A DNA stretch of 64,000 nt from Candidatus Babeliales bacterium (GCA_963722075.1 CAVRJM010000001.1:288001-352000); one strand, 5' to 3'; positions 49,312-58,302 are shown, numbered from the stretch's first letter. Made by a program: numbers and translations. The notes: generated by a model not told the origin, from the letters alone.

Positions 49312-49454
49312 AATTCTACCCCTAGATAAGCATGAATAAATATAGTTATCTATTTTATTATTTTTCATATTTAAACCTTAATTTACTAACGTATGCAAGA
49401 AAATCTGGAGGTATGCAAAAAATCTTGCTCAAATGATATAAAATTATAAATGTA

Positions 49455-49686
49455 CGTCGTTGCGAGCTTGTCGAAGCAATCCAGCATTCATTAAAATTTT
49501 ACAGCTCATTTCATAAATTTATTTATTATAATGATTCATTCATTCAATGAAAAAAAACTATTTATTAGTTTTATACGAAATAACTTTTTACTTGTTTCAA
49601 TAATTTACTGAGCTTTATTCCATTATTTTCTATAAGTTCGTATCATTTATTATAACCTGGATTGCTTCGGCAGGCTCGCAACGACG
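49455..49686. repeat. Long-spacer inverted-repeat element (REPIN/MITE-like)
   Basis: 30-bp arms CGTCGTTGCGAGC..G.CGAAGCAATCCAG around a ~172-bp AT-rich spacer. Confidence 0.88.
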
Positions 49687-49895
49687 GCTTTTCTAAATGT
49701 TTAAATTTTTAATACTTTTGAGTTAATTTTATAATGCTTAAATAAAAACTCAACAAAACCTGTAAGTTTGATTAATAAAAAATTAATTGAATGCTATTTT
49801 TCAATAAATGAATTACCTCTAAGATCTTGCCGTTATTTATGATCTTGATACATTTACTACAAATGATTGCATAATTACTACATAAATAGGATCTA

Positions 49896-50546
49896 ATGGT
49901 TTCTGATTCATTAATACAAAAGAAAAAATACGCTGCTCAGATTATTAGAATTCTTAAAAAAGCAACCAAAAATTTGCCTGAACCTATGAGTAATCTCATC
50001 AAGAAAGAGTACCATAATGATCCTTTTTTGATCTTAATTAGCTGTTTATTGAGTTTACGGGCTCGTGATACGGTAACCTATCCGGTATGTAAGGAACTCT
50101 TTAAAAAAGCCCGTACTCCGCAGCAATTTATTGATATGCCCTTACATCAATTAGAAGAAATAATACATCGCATTGGTTTCTATCGAAGGAAAGCTCATAG
50201 TATCAAAGAGGTAAGTAAAGATATTCTTAAGCGATTCAACGGCAAAGTTCCCTCTGATGAACAAGATCTTCTTTCAATTAAGGGAGTGGGAAGAAAAACG
50301 GCAAATCTGGTTCGAGGCGTTGCTTTTGATATTCCGGCGATGGTTGTTGATACGCATGTACATAAGCTTTCTAATAAATTAGGATTGGTTTCTACTAAAA
50401 CCCCTGAGCAAACTGAAAAAATGTTAATGAGTATTTTACCGCGTTCTCAATGGATTGAATATAGCAGATTATTAGTGCAATGTGGGCAACATAGCAGAAT
50501 TTGTAAATCATATATCGATTTACTTATTAAAGAAGAAAAAATTTGA
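49896..50546 (+). CDS. nth: Endonuclease III-like HhH-GPD glycosylase, Fe-S cluster motif missing
   Basis: GVGRKTAN helix-hairpin-helix with catalytic K, VDTHV; no C-x6-C-x2-C-x5-C. Confidence 0.88.
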   Translation: MVSDSLIQKKKYAAQIIRILKKATKNLPEPMSNLIKKEYHNDPFLILISCLLSLRARDTVTYPVCKELFKKARTPQQFIDMPLHQLEEIIHRIGFYRRKAHSIKEVSKDILKRFNGKVPSDEQDLLSIKGVGRKTANLVRGVAFDIPAMVVDTHVHKLSNKLGLVSTKTPEQTEKMLMSILPRSQWIEYSRLLVQCGQHSRICKSYIDLLIKEEKI

Positions 50547-50584
50547 TCTAAGAAATATAAATTAAAACTGGAAATAGTACTAAA

Positions 50585-50600
50585 TGTCATCGGGATGACA
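50585..50600. repeat. Collapsed remnant of a REP-like element
   Basis: TGTCATCGGGATGACA: only the two outer ends of the family remain. Confidence 0.55.
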
Positions 50601-50751
50601 AGTCCTTACGAGAGTTATTTAAGCTAAAAGGATTATTCGCTCTGTTTACGTATCGCAATATTTAGCTTTTGACTGAATCGCCCAATAAGATCGATTTAAA
50701 CCAAATTTAGCTTATCAAGAAATAAAGTCGATTTTAATCGACTTTATATAA

Positions 50752-50792
50752 AAAAAAATAGGCAATGATTGTTGCTCATTGCCCATTCTTTT
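50752..50792. terminator. Bidirectional intrinsic terminator
   Basis: A-run, GGCAATGA...TCATTGCC stem, T-rich run, between convergent genes. Confidence 0.65.
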
Positions 50793-50836
50793 TAATGTGC
50801 TTAATTTCATATGTTGTTTGCGTAAAAAGCGGCCGA

Positions 50837-51148
50837 TTATGCGCGTTTAGTAGTTCTGCGTTTGTGGCTTGCTTTTTTAGCAGTAGTTCTTTTATGAGAA
50901 GCTCGTTTTGTCGTTTTGCGTTTGCTTGCTGCTGATTTACGACGCTTTGGTGTTTTTGCTCCCATGAACGCAGCTAATCCTGCTAATCCAGTTGCTTTTC
51001 TTTTATGCGTAGCTTTTTTTCTTGCAGCAGTTTTTCTTGCTGTAGTTTTTTTAGCTGCAGTTTTTCTTGCTGTGGTTTTTTTCGCTACTGCGCGTTTTGT
51101 TGTTTTCTTAGCTGTGCTTTTTTTCGCGCTTTTTCTTTTTGTTACCAT
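50837..51148 (-). CDS. Histone H1-like (chlamydial Hc2-like) basic nucleoid protein
   Basis: K/R/A/T-rich pentapeptide repeats (KKTTA, RKTAA); TAAGGAG RBS. Confidence 0.85.
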   Translation of the reverse strand: MVTKRKSAKKSTAKKTTKRAVAKKTTARKTAAKKTTARKTAARKKATHKRKATGLAGLAAFMGAKTPKRRKSAASKRKTTKRASHKRTTAKKASHKRRTTKRA

Positions 51149-51296
51149 TGCATCTCCTTATTTGAGATTAATAGTTATTTAATTAACCCTACAATTTAAA
51201 TGTAACGGTTATGCGCGCCATAAGTCAACATTTTTTAAAACAAATTTGAAATATTTTAATAATTTTTTATTATAAAATTTCTACTTTGCAATAAAA

Positions 51297-53009
51297 TTAC
51301 AGGTTTGTAACGTCATTTTTTGCCTTTTGAAGTAACATTTCTAATGTAATGCCTTGTTCTTGTTTTCCGTCATTAAAACGTAGTGTTATAGTATTATTTT
51401 GCTGCTCTTTTTTACCCAATACTAACATCCATGGTATTTTATCAAGTTGAGCATTTTTAATTTGAGCGGAGATTTGATCTGATGATTCATCCATCTCTAC
51501 TCGTATATCATGCTCTTTTAGAGCAGTAAGAATGGTTAGTGCGTAGGGTTTTTGTTCATCAGTAATGGTTAAAATGCGAACCTGTATAGGAGCAAGCCAA
51601 AAAGGCAAATGCCCTTTAAAATGTTCCAGAAGAATTCCAAAAAATCGTTCTAAGGAGCCGTAAATTGCCCGGTGCACCAAAATAGGGCGTTCTTTATTAC
51701 CAGAAGGGGCAATATAACTGAGGTTAAAGCTTTCCGGTTGAAAAAAGTCAACCTGTATAGTGCCGCATTGCCATTCCCGTTCCATTGAATCCTTAATACT
51801 AAATTCAATTTTAGGGCCATAAAAAGCACCTTCACCCTCTTTTATTTCATAAGGAATATGTAATTGTTCTAAGGAGTCAGTGAGCGCCTGTGTTCCTTGC
51901 TGCCATAATTCGTCACTTCCCATTGAATTGGCCGGTTTAGTTGAAACCGCTACACGAACATTTTTAAAATTAAATGGTTTATATACGGCAAATACCAAAT
52001 TAATCATGGCGCTAATTTCGTCTTTTAATTGCGCTGGCGTACAAAAGATATGAGCATCGTCTTGAGTAAAGGCACGTACACGAAAAAGACCATGTAAGAC
52101 TCCTGATAGTTCATGGCGATGTACTAAGCCAAATTCAGCCAGTCGTAACGGAAGATTACGATATGAACGTGGTCTTTCTTTATATAATAATATGGCGCCC
52201 GGGCAGTTCATCGGCTTAATGGCATAACTTTTATCATCAATAAAGCAAAAATACATATTTTCTTTATAATGGGCGTAATGACCTGATTGTCGCCATAAAT
52301 CGTCAGTTAGTAATATAGGAGTAGCAATTTCTTGATAATTGCCTTTTTTTAAAAATGTCTTGATATACTCAATTAAAATATTAATAACAGCTTTGCCTTT
52401 AGGGTGAAAAAAAGGAAATCCAACACCTTCTTCATGAAACGAAAAAAGATCTAATTGCTTACCTAATTTTCTATGATCATACAGGGAAGCTTCCTCTTTG
52501 CGTAGTTCATAATTGATAAGGTCTTGTTCCGTTAAAAAAGCAGTTCCGGCGATACGCTGCAATGCTTGCTTAGAGCGATCAGCGCGCCAATAGGATCCTG
52601 AAATGGAAAGGAGTTTAAAATATTTAATTTCGCCGGTTGAAGCAACATGGCCGCCGCGGCATAAATCACAAAAATCGCCTTGGCATGAAAGCCCCACCGT
52701 TTCTCCTGGAATGGAATCGATTAATTCTAATTTAAAGGGATTTCCAGCAAATAGCTTTCGCGCTTTGTCTTTAGCAATTTCTTCATGAGTTATGGGATAA
52801 TTTTTTTCTGAAAGCTCATGCATTCTTTTTTCAATAAGCGCTAAATCTTCTTCTTTAAAATTACGCTTTGGTAGCATATCATAAAAAAAACCTTCTTCAG
52901 TTGCTGGACCAATTGTTAAAATGGTATCGGGGAATAATTCTAAAACGGCGTGTGCTGCTAAATGGGCCGCTGAATGGCGTAAGATTTGTAATTTTTCTTT
53001 ATTTTCCAT
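51297..53009 (-). CDS. thrS: Threonine--tRNA ligase lacking the N-terminal TGS domain (start 53009 preferred; 53030 possible)
   Basis: RHSAAH and DLCRGGH editing motifs, DHRKLG, KPMNCP, FTQDDAH, GEGAFYGPK. Confidence 0.97.
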   Translation of the reverse strand: MENKEKLQILRHSAAHLAAHAVLELFPDTILTIGPATEEGFFYDMLPKRNFKEEDLALIEKRMHELSEKNYPITHEEIAKDKARKLFAGNPFKLELIDSIPGETVGLSCQGDFCDLCRGGHVASTGEIKYFKLLSISGSYWRADRSKQALQRIAGTAFLTEQDLINYELRKEEASLYDHRKLGKQLDLFSFHEEGVGFPFFHPKGKAVINILIEYIKTFLKKGNYQEIATPILLTDDLWRQSGHYAHYKENMYFCFIDDKSYAIKPMNCPGAILLYKERPRSYRNLPLRLAEFGLVHRHELSGVLHGLFRVRAFTQDDAHIFCTPAQLKDEISAMINLVFAVYKPFNFKNVRVAVSTKPANSMGSDELWQQGTQALTDSLEQLHIPYEIKEGEGAFYGPKIEFSIKDSMEREWQCGTIQVDFFQPESFNLSYIAPSGNKERPILVHRAIYGSLERFFGILLEHFKGHLPFWLAPIQVRILTITDEQKPYALTILTALKEHDIRVEMDESSDQISAQIKNAQLDKIPWMLVLGKKEQQNNTITLRFNDGKQEQGITLEMLLQKAKNDVTNL

Positions 53010-53131
53010 AAGTTCCTTTTTTACGCTCATTTGAGAATGGGCGTATAGTATGTAATTATATAGTGATTATTTTGAATGAATCTAGTAAATAATCTGGTTA
53101 TTAACAATAAAGGGTAAGAAAAAATAGAATA

Positions 53132-53148
53132 TACTGCCTTAGGCAGTA
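53132..53148 (-). terminator. Candidate attenuator hairpin over the leader stop codon
   Basis: Minus strand TACTGCC-TAA-GGCAGTA followed by TATTCTATTTTTTCTT. Confidence 0.6.
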
Positions 53149-53240
53149 GTAGCTAAAGGAGTGGTGATGTAAAGCGTATTTTGGAAATAAACAGCTTTTG
53201 AAAAAATAGAGGAATTATACAGTGATTTGTAATAATCCAT
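53139..53240 (-). CDS. Putative thrS leader peptide (33 aa, Thr-rich end)
   Basis: AAAAGGAG RBS 7 nt before ATG; MDYYKSLYNSSIFSKAVYFQNTLYITTPLATTA*. Confidence 0.7.
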   Translation of the reverse strand: MDYYKSLYNSSIFSKAVYFQNTLYITTPLATTA

Positions 53241-53401
53241 AAAAAAACTCCTTTTAGGATTAAAGTAGCATATACGTATATAATAACAAATACCTATTTT
53301 TTTATCAAATAGTATTTCATTTAAATGGATAGAATTAACTATTGCAAGGGATCTCTTTTTCTTTTTATGTTAAAATTGAGTGGTAATTAGGTGAATTAAC
53401 T

Positions 53402-53935
53402 ATGAAAAAAAAAGAAGTAACTATACCTTCCTGCGATTCGCGACCACGGGTGTATACTATTGGGCATTCGACACGTCCGTTAACAGAATTTATAGAGATA
53501 CTCGATCAGTATACTATTAAAAAAATAATTGATATTCGTACGATTCCAAAATCGCGTCATAATCCGCAATTTAATACCGATCATCTTAAAAAGTTATTAA
53601 AATCTCATTATGTGCATATAAAAGGATTAGGTGGATTGCGTCACCCTAAAAAAGATTCAATTAATCAAGGATGGCACAATAGTTCATTTAGAGGTTTTGC
53701 TGATTATATGCAAACCAAAGAATTTGCGGGTAGCCTTGCACGTCTTATAAAATATGCACAAAAAAATCCGGTGGTCATTATGTGTGCGGAAGCGGTTCCA
53801 TGGCGCTGTCATCGTTCGCTGATTGGCGATGCATTATTAATTCATGGCATTGATGTGGTAGATATTTTTAGCCAAACAGCGTGTAAACCACATACATTAA
53901 CTTCGTTTGCACGGGTATCAATTACGTACCCGTAG
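53402..53935 (+). CDS. DUF488-family protein
   Basis: YTIGHS, DIR..P.SR, LGG.R, MCAEA.PWRCHRSLI. Confidence 0.85.
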   Translation: MKKKEVTIPSCDSRPRVYTIGHSTRPLTEFIEILDQYTIKKIIDIRTIPKSRHNPQFNTDHLKKLLKSHYVHIKGLGGLRHPKKDSINQGWHNSSFRGFADYMQTKEFAGSLARLIKYAQKNPVVIMCAEAVPWRCHRSLIGDALLIHGIDVVDIFSQTACKPHTLTSFARVSITYP

Positions 53936-53980
53936 AGTTATTGAAATATATGAACCATTTAACCAGAGTAAGGAAATGTA

Positions 53981-55387
53981 ATGACTGGAGAAAAAATCTA
54001 TCTTTTGGATACTAGCGTTTTGATATATGACCCAGAATCGCTTTTTAGTTTTGATAAAGCATTAGTGGGAATTCCAATAATAGTTTTAGAAGAATTGGAT
54101 AGATTTAAAACAGAAAATACTGAGCGAGGTGCGTCAACGCGAGAGGTTATACGTAAATTAGATGAGTTGCGCTTGCGTGGTTCTTTAAAAGATGGGGTTC
54201 ATTTAGAAGGTGGTGGTACCATTCAAGTATTATTTTTGCCCAGCGACCCCTATCCCTCTCCGCTTAAATTAAATATTGCTGATAATGAAATTTTAAAAAT
54301 ATCATTATGGCTTAAAAATAATGGCTATAATGTTGATTTTATTTCTAAAGATATCAATGCACGCGTGAAGGCAAATTCCTTAGGTATTAAATCAAGTGAC
54401 TATATCAAAGAAGAAGAAAATATACACGATAAAATTTATAAAGGATGGATGCAGTTTGATGTTCCATCAATTCAATTAAAAAAAGATTTCCCTGATATTT
54501 TACCGGAGCTTATAGAAGAAAAAACTATTATTCAGAATCAATTTGTATTATTAAATAGTAAAAATAATCCATATAATTATAAAATTTATCGCTTTACCGA
54601 TAAACAATTTATACCGGTGCATGCTCCTGATTTGCGTTGGGCATTGCAACCACGTAACCCGCAGCAATTGATGGCTCTAAATTTATTGTTTGATCCGACC
54701 GTTTCGTTGGTATGCTTGGTAGGCCCAGCCGGAACAGGAAAAACATTTCTAGCGTTACTGGCCGGATTGCATCAAGTGTTAATGCAGGATTTATATCGAA
54801 AAATGTTAATTTCGCGTCCAGTGATTCCCCTTGGGCCTGATATTGGCTACCTTCCCGGTACTATTGAAGAAAAACTGCATAGTTGGATGCAGCCTATGTA
54901 TGATAATATGGAATTTATTGCCTATTCAGCTAATAAAGCCGTACAAATAGCGCATCATTTTGAAGGACAGGAGTATTATACCGGTAAGGATAGAAATCGA
55001 CGACGCAAAAAAGAAGCTCATGTAAAAGAGGTTAATCATAAGCGGGTTCTTGCACCGCTTGATCAGTTGACGCGTGAAGGACGTATTAGCTTAGAAGCAA
55101 TTACCTATATGCGCGGTCGCTCCATTCCATTCCAATATATTTTAATTGATGAAGTACAAAATTTAACCCCCCATGAAGTTAAAACACTCATTAGCCGTGT
55201 GGGCGAGGGAAGTAAGATTGTATTAGCAGGGGATCCATACCAAATTGATGCACAGTATTTAGATTTTAGTAGTAATGGATTGGTAGTTGCTAGTAATAAA
55301 TTTAAAGGGGAATCAATTGCGGCAACGGTGTTTTTAGAAAGTAGCGAGCGAAGCCCATTAAGTGAATTAGCAAGTAAATTGTTGTAA
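53981..55387 (+). CDS. PhoH2/YlaK-type PIN-domain + PhoH ATPase
   Basis: LDTSVL PIN, SKDIN.R, GPAGTGKT, YMRGRS, DEVQNLT, GDP.QID. Confidence 0.93.
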   Translation: MTGEKIYLLDTSVLIYDPESLFSFDKALVGIPIIVLEELDRFKTENTERGASTREVIRKLDELRLRGSLKDGVHLEGGGTIQVLFLPSDPYPSPLKLNIADNEILKISLWLKNNGYNVDFISKDINARVKANSLGIKSSDYIKEEENIHDKIYKGWMQFDVPSIQLKKDFPDILPELIEEKTIIQNQFVLLNSKNNPYNYKIYRFTDKQFIPVHAPDLRWALQPRNPQQLMALNLLFDPTVSLVCLVGPAGTGKTFLALLAGLHQVLMQDLYRKMLISRPVIPLGPDIGYLPGTIEEKLHSWMQPMYDNMEFIAYSANKAVQIAHHFEGQEYYTGKDRNRRRKKEAHVKEVNHKRVLAPLDQLTREGRISLEAITYMRGRSIPFQYILIDEVQNLTPHEVKTLISRVGEGSKIVLAGDPYQIDAQYLDFSSNGLVVASNKFKGESIAATVFLESSERSPLSELASKLL

Positions 55388-55515
55388 TGCGATAAGAAAA
55401 ATTGGTACAAATAAATGTAGATTAGAAAATTAATTTAGAAAATGAATTAATACAATTAAAACAAAAATTAACTAACTTGCATGAGGAATTAAAATAATAA
55501 AAAAAAGGGGAGAAT

Positions 55516-56121
55516 ATGAACTTAAGGGTACTAATAGTATTTATACTCTATACAGGAATGTTGTTTAGCAAAACACCAAAAATTGATCCAAAAATTATGC
55601 AAGAACAGCACATGCAAATGAGAAATTTTTTACAAAAAGCAGTAGATGAAGAAACGGTGGGAAAATATCCTGAAGGGTTACCGTTTAATTTATTAAAAGA
55701 ACATTATCAGATTAAAAATAAAGAAGGAAGAGTGTGGCAATTGCGCCCTTTGGATGTAGCACTGGAATTTGATAAGCCTACGCTTCTCAGCCAATTACTT
55801 GAAAAAAATATTGAGCAAGCAGTTTGCATTCCTCGTTCTATGATGCTATTTAATGCAATTGATCGTAATAAACATAATTGTGCGCTGTTCCTCATAAAGG
55901 AAGGTAAATTCAATCTTAATGCTACTGATTTTCTAGGAAGAACGCCCTTAATGTTTGCAGTATCTAAAGATTATAAGATTGCAAAAGCATTAGTAAGAGC
56001 AGGGGCGCAGCTGGATATAAAAGATAGTTACGGTAAAACCGCAGAAGATTATGCGACCACTAAATGTAAAACTAAATTGCTTACTCCTAAAGATTCAAAA
56101 GAGGGATGTGGTATTAATTAA
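55516..56121 (+). CDS. Secreted ankyrin-repeat protein
   Basis: Signal peptide; GRTPLMFA, LVRAGA..DIKD..GKTA. Confidence 0.8.
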   Translation: MNLRVLIVFILYTGMLFSKTPKIDPKIMQEQHMQMRNFLQKAVDEETVGKYPEGLPFNLLKEHYQIKNKEGRVWQLRPLDVALEFDKPTLLSQLLEKNIEQAVCIPRSMMLFNAIDRNKHNCALFLIKEGKFNLNATDFLGRTPLMFAVSKDYKIAKALVRAGAQLDIKDSYGKTAEDYATTKCKTKLLTPKDSKEGCGIN

Positions 56122-56190
56122 GCTTTGGTAATTCTTTTGAAGTGGCATATTATAAACTCACAGTGGTAAAAATATTTGCATGTAAAAAGT

Positions 56191-56407
56191 TGTCGTTGCG
56201 AGTTTACGAAGCAATCCAGGTTTTATTAAAATTTTTCAATTTAAAAATTTATTGTAGTTTATTTGTTAAGATAAATTGTTGTTTGTTGATGTGATCTTAA
56301 TTAATAAAAAAATTATTCTTTTTTGTAAAGAGTTTGCTTATATACTTCTCTTATTTTTCTTCACTTATTATTTTTAGCCTGGATTGCTTCGTAAACTCGC
56401 AACGACG
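56191..56407. repeat. Long-spacer inverted-repeat element (REPIN/MITE-like)
   Basis: Perfect 29-bp arms GTCGTTGCGAGTTTACGAAGCAATCCAGG around a ~157-bp AT-rich spacer. Confidence 0.88.
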
Positions 56408-56476
56408 TGCTGTTGTTTATAGTACTTGAGCAAGGTAACATGTTAAAGACGTATAAAAGCACAAGAAATTCTTATA

Positions 56477-56683
56477 CTATTCTTCATTAATTTTACTAAA
56501 AGGATGACAAGAAAGTAGCCGTTTGCAGATTGCACACAACGCCTTAAATAGCGATTTTTGACGTAGTTGTTCGAGTGCAAAATCACCACATGAATGAAGA
56601 AAGCGACATGATGCGATGCCCAGAAAAGGGCGCATAAGTTTTAATAGCTCAACCAGTAGATAATTAACTATTCTCATGGGCAT
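56477..56683 (-). CDS. yidD: Membrane protein insertion efficiency factor YidD
   Basis: CRF..SC..FA, RLLSCHPF; lies downstream of rnpA. Confidence 0.85.
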   Translation of the reverse strand: MPMRIVNYLLVELLKLMRPFLGIASCRFLHSCGDFALEQLRQKSLFKALCAICKRLLSCHPFSKINEE

Positions 56684-56993
56684 GCGTTATAATTTTTTCT
56701 AATTGATTAAAAGAAAGAGTCATAGCTGGTGTGGATATCAGTATAAGATAATCACGGGGCCCCTCATACAATTTATGCTGGTAAAAGATAGATTTTAAAC
56801 GGCGCCGGATACGATTTCGCTCTGGAGCATTCCCGCTTTTGCGGGGTGTTATGATTAAAATACGGGCGGATGGTTCCTGTTTAGGAGCGCCCTTTATTAC
56901 TAATCCGTGATCAACGAGAATAGTTCGAGCAGTTTTAAATAGTTCTTGAATCTCTTTTTTTTTAAAACTGCTTAACGATTTGAAGAAAGACAA
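56664..56993 (-). CDS. rnpA: Ribonuclease P protein component
   Basis: K.GNA.ERNRIRRRLK motif; lies downstream of rpmH. Confidence 0.9.
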   Translation of the reverse strand: MSFFKSLSSFKKKEIQELFKTARTILVDHGLVIKGAPKQEPSARILIITPRKSGNAPERNRIRRRLKSIFYQHKLYEGPRDYLILISTPAMTLSFNQLEKIITHAHENS

Positions 56994-57006
56994 AGGAAAA
57001 ATATCC

Positions 57007-57141
57007 TTAAACGGTGAGGCGTTTTCTGCCCTTTGCGCGTCTGCGGTTAACTATTTTTCTTCCATCTTTGGTAGCCATTCTTTTGCGAAATCCGTGTTTT
57101 CTGCTTCTTTTGAGGCGGCTTGGCTTATAGGTAACTGACAT
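57007..57141 (-). CDS. rpmH: 50S ribosomal protein L34
   Basis: Manual translation [44 protein letters not shown]; too short for the ORF track. Confidence 0.97.
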   Translation of the reverse strand: MSVTYKPSRLKRSRKHGFRKRMATKDGRKIVNRRRAKGRKRLTV

Positions 57142-57228
57142 AGTAATATCCTTTAAATAAACAATAATAAGTAGCTTTTAGTATAGAGAAATAATTAATT
57201 TTTTCAATGGAATGAAGGGGGCGATCCG

Positions 57229-58302
57229 CTATTTATTCCACTTATAGTAGGTATAATAAGCCAAGGATCCTAATAAAGCCGTTCCGCTAAGCATATCTAT
57301 GGCGTTTCTAAAGATTCCTCTTTTAGTGCTCGGGCAAGCTTTTATGCGAGCTTCTACTTCTTCTACTGATGGTTGAAATGGGTGTAAATCCTTCTCTAAA
57401 TCTATTAGGGTCTCTTGTTGAGGGTTGATAATTTTTGAGAGATCGTTATGGTCACGTTCTTCTCGAATTGTAATTTTATCTTGGTAAGGAAGATTTAATT
57501 TTTTATAAATTACGTTCATTATGCCAACGGTTTCATGACGTTTTTCTCTGGTCATACTGTATAAAATATTTACATGGGAAATATATCTGTTATTAGTTTC
57601 AATTAAATAAACATTATTATCTTCTCGATTTTTAATAAGAGCGCAATATAATTTACGGGCATCATTAATAGGTGTTTCAGGATCATTTTGATCATGCAAA
57701 ATAATGACTGGTATGTTTGGTGATAGTTTCGATGCCGATGAAAGTGCTTGTTTGCCCCATGGATTATAAGTAGGAAAGAATGCTTTAGTTACCCACGGAA
57801 TCCAAAAACGGGCGAAGGGAAGGTAAGTAATTGGTTTTATCATTCTTTCAGCATTATGCAATATAGCATTATTGCCATTGCCAAGTACAGCTTGTAAAAC
57901 AACGGCAGCAACCTTTTTATCTTGATTTATTTGTTCTTTTTGAGCTAACCAATTGATGATTGTTGCAGTTCCTTGAGAAAAACCAAATAATACTTTTTTG
58001 CCTACGAGTTCTGGTTTAGTTTTTTCAAAATTCCAAGCAAAGTTTTTTAATTGATCATTAAAATGCCTAATACAATTTCCCTGGCCTAAATCAATTTTAT
58101 ATCCTTTTATTGTGTTGCATCTTTTAATGGGAAGATATAAAAGAGCATTATCATCAAAATCCTCGCCGCCGCATCCATTTTGCCCGTGTAGAGTAATATA
58201 GCCAAGAACTGTTTTTTCAATTACTTCTTCTTTTTCCATACAATTGATAGAGGTAAATAAAAATAATGGTATTGAAAAGAAAAATACATAAATAATTTTC
58301 AT
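57229..58302 (-). CDS. Secreted alpha/beta hydrolase with C-terminal membrane anchor
   Basis: LHG oxyanion motif, GFSQG nucleophile elbow, NDP Asp, SH His; signal peptide INC|MEK; TM followed by KWNK. Confidence 0.78.
   Translation of the reverse strand: MKIIYVFFFSIPLFLFTSINCMEKEEVIEKTVLGYITLHGQNGCGGEDFDDNALLYLPIKRCNTIKGYKIDLGQGNCIRHFNDQLKNFAWNFEKTKPELVGKKVLFGFSQGTATIINWLAQKEQINQDKKVAAVVLQAVLGNGNNAILHNAERMIKPITYLPFARFWIPWVTKAFFPTYNPWGKQALSSASKLSPNIPVIILHDQNDPETPINDARKLYCALIKNREDNNVYLIETNNRYISHVNILYSMTREKRHETVGIMNVIYKKLNLPYQDKITIREERDHNDLSKIINPQQETLIDLEKDLHPFQPSVEEVEARIKACPSTKRGIFRNAIDMLSGTALLGSLAYYTYYKWNK

Noticed and set aside
40094..49368. Prophage or genomic island defined by the tRNAs and the tyrosine recombinase
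   Set aside because: The recombinase is XerC/D-type and coupled to mrdA; no duplicated tRNA 3' end and no phage genes.
50916..51199. Hydrophobic plus-strand ORFs
   Set aside because: Antisense to the Lys/Ala-rich histone-like gene, which explains their composition.
53402..55387. DUF488 plus PIN-PhoH as a toxin-antitoxin or defence pair
   Set aside because: Both families are widespread on their own, and nothing in the sequence links them beyond adjacency.
12018..56407. Palindromic repeats as a CRISPR array or integron attC sites
   Set aside because: Dispersed inverted pairs rather than regularly spaced direct repeats; no cas or integron integrase gene.
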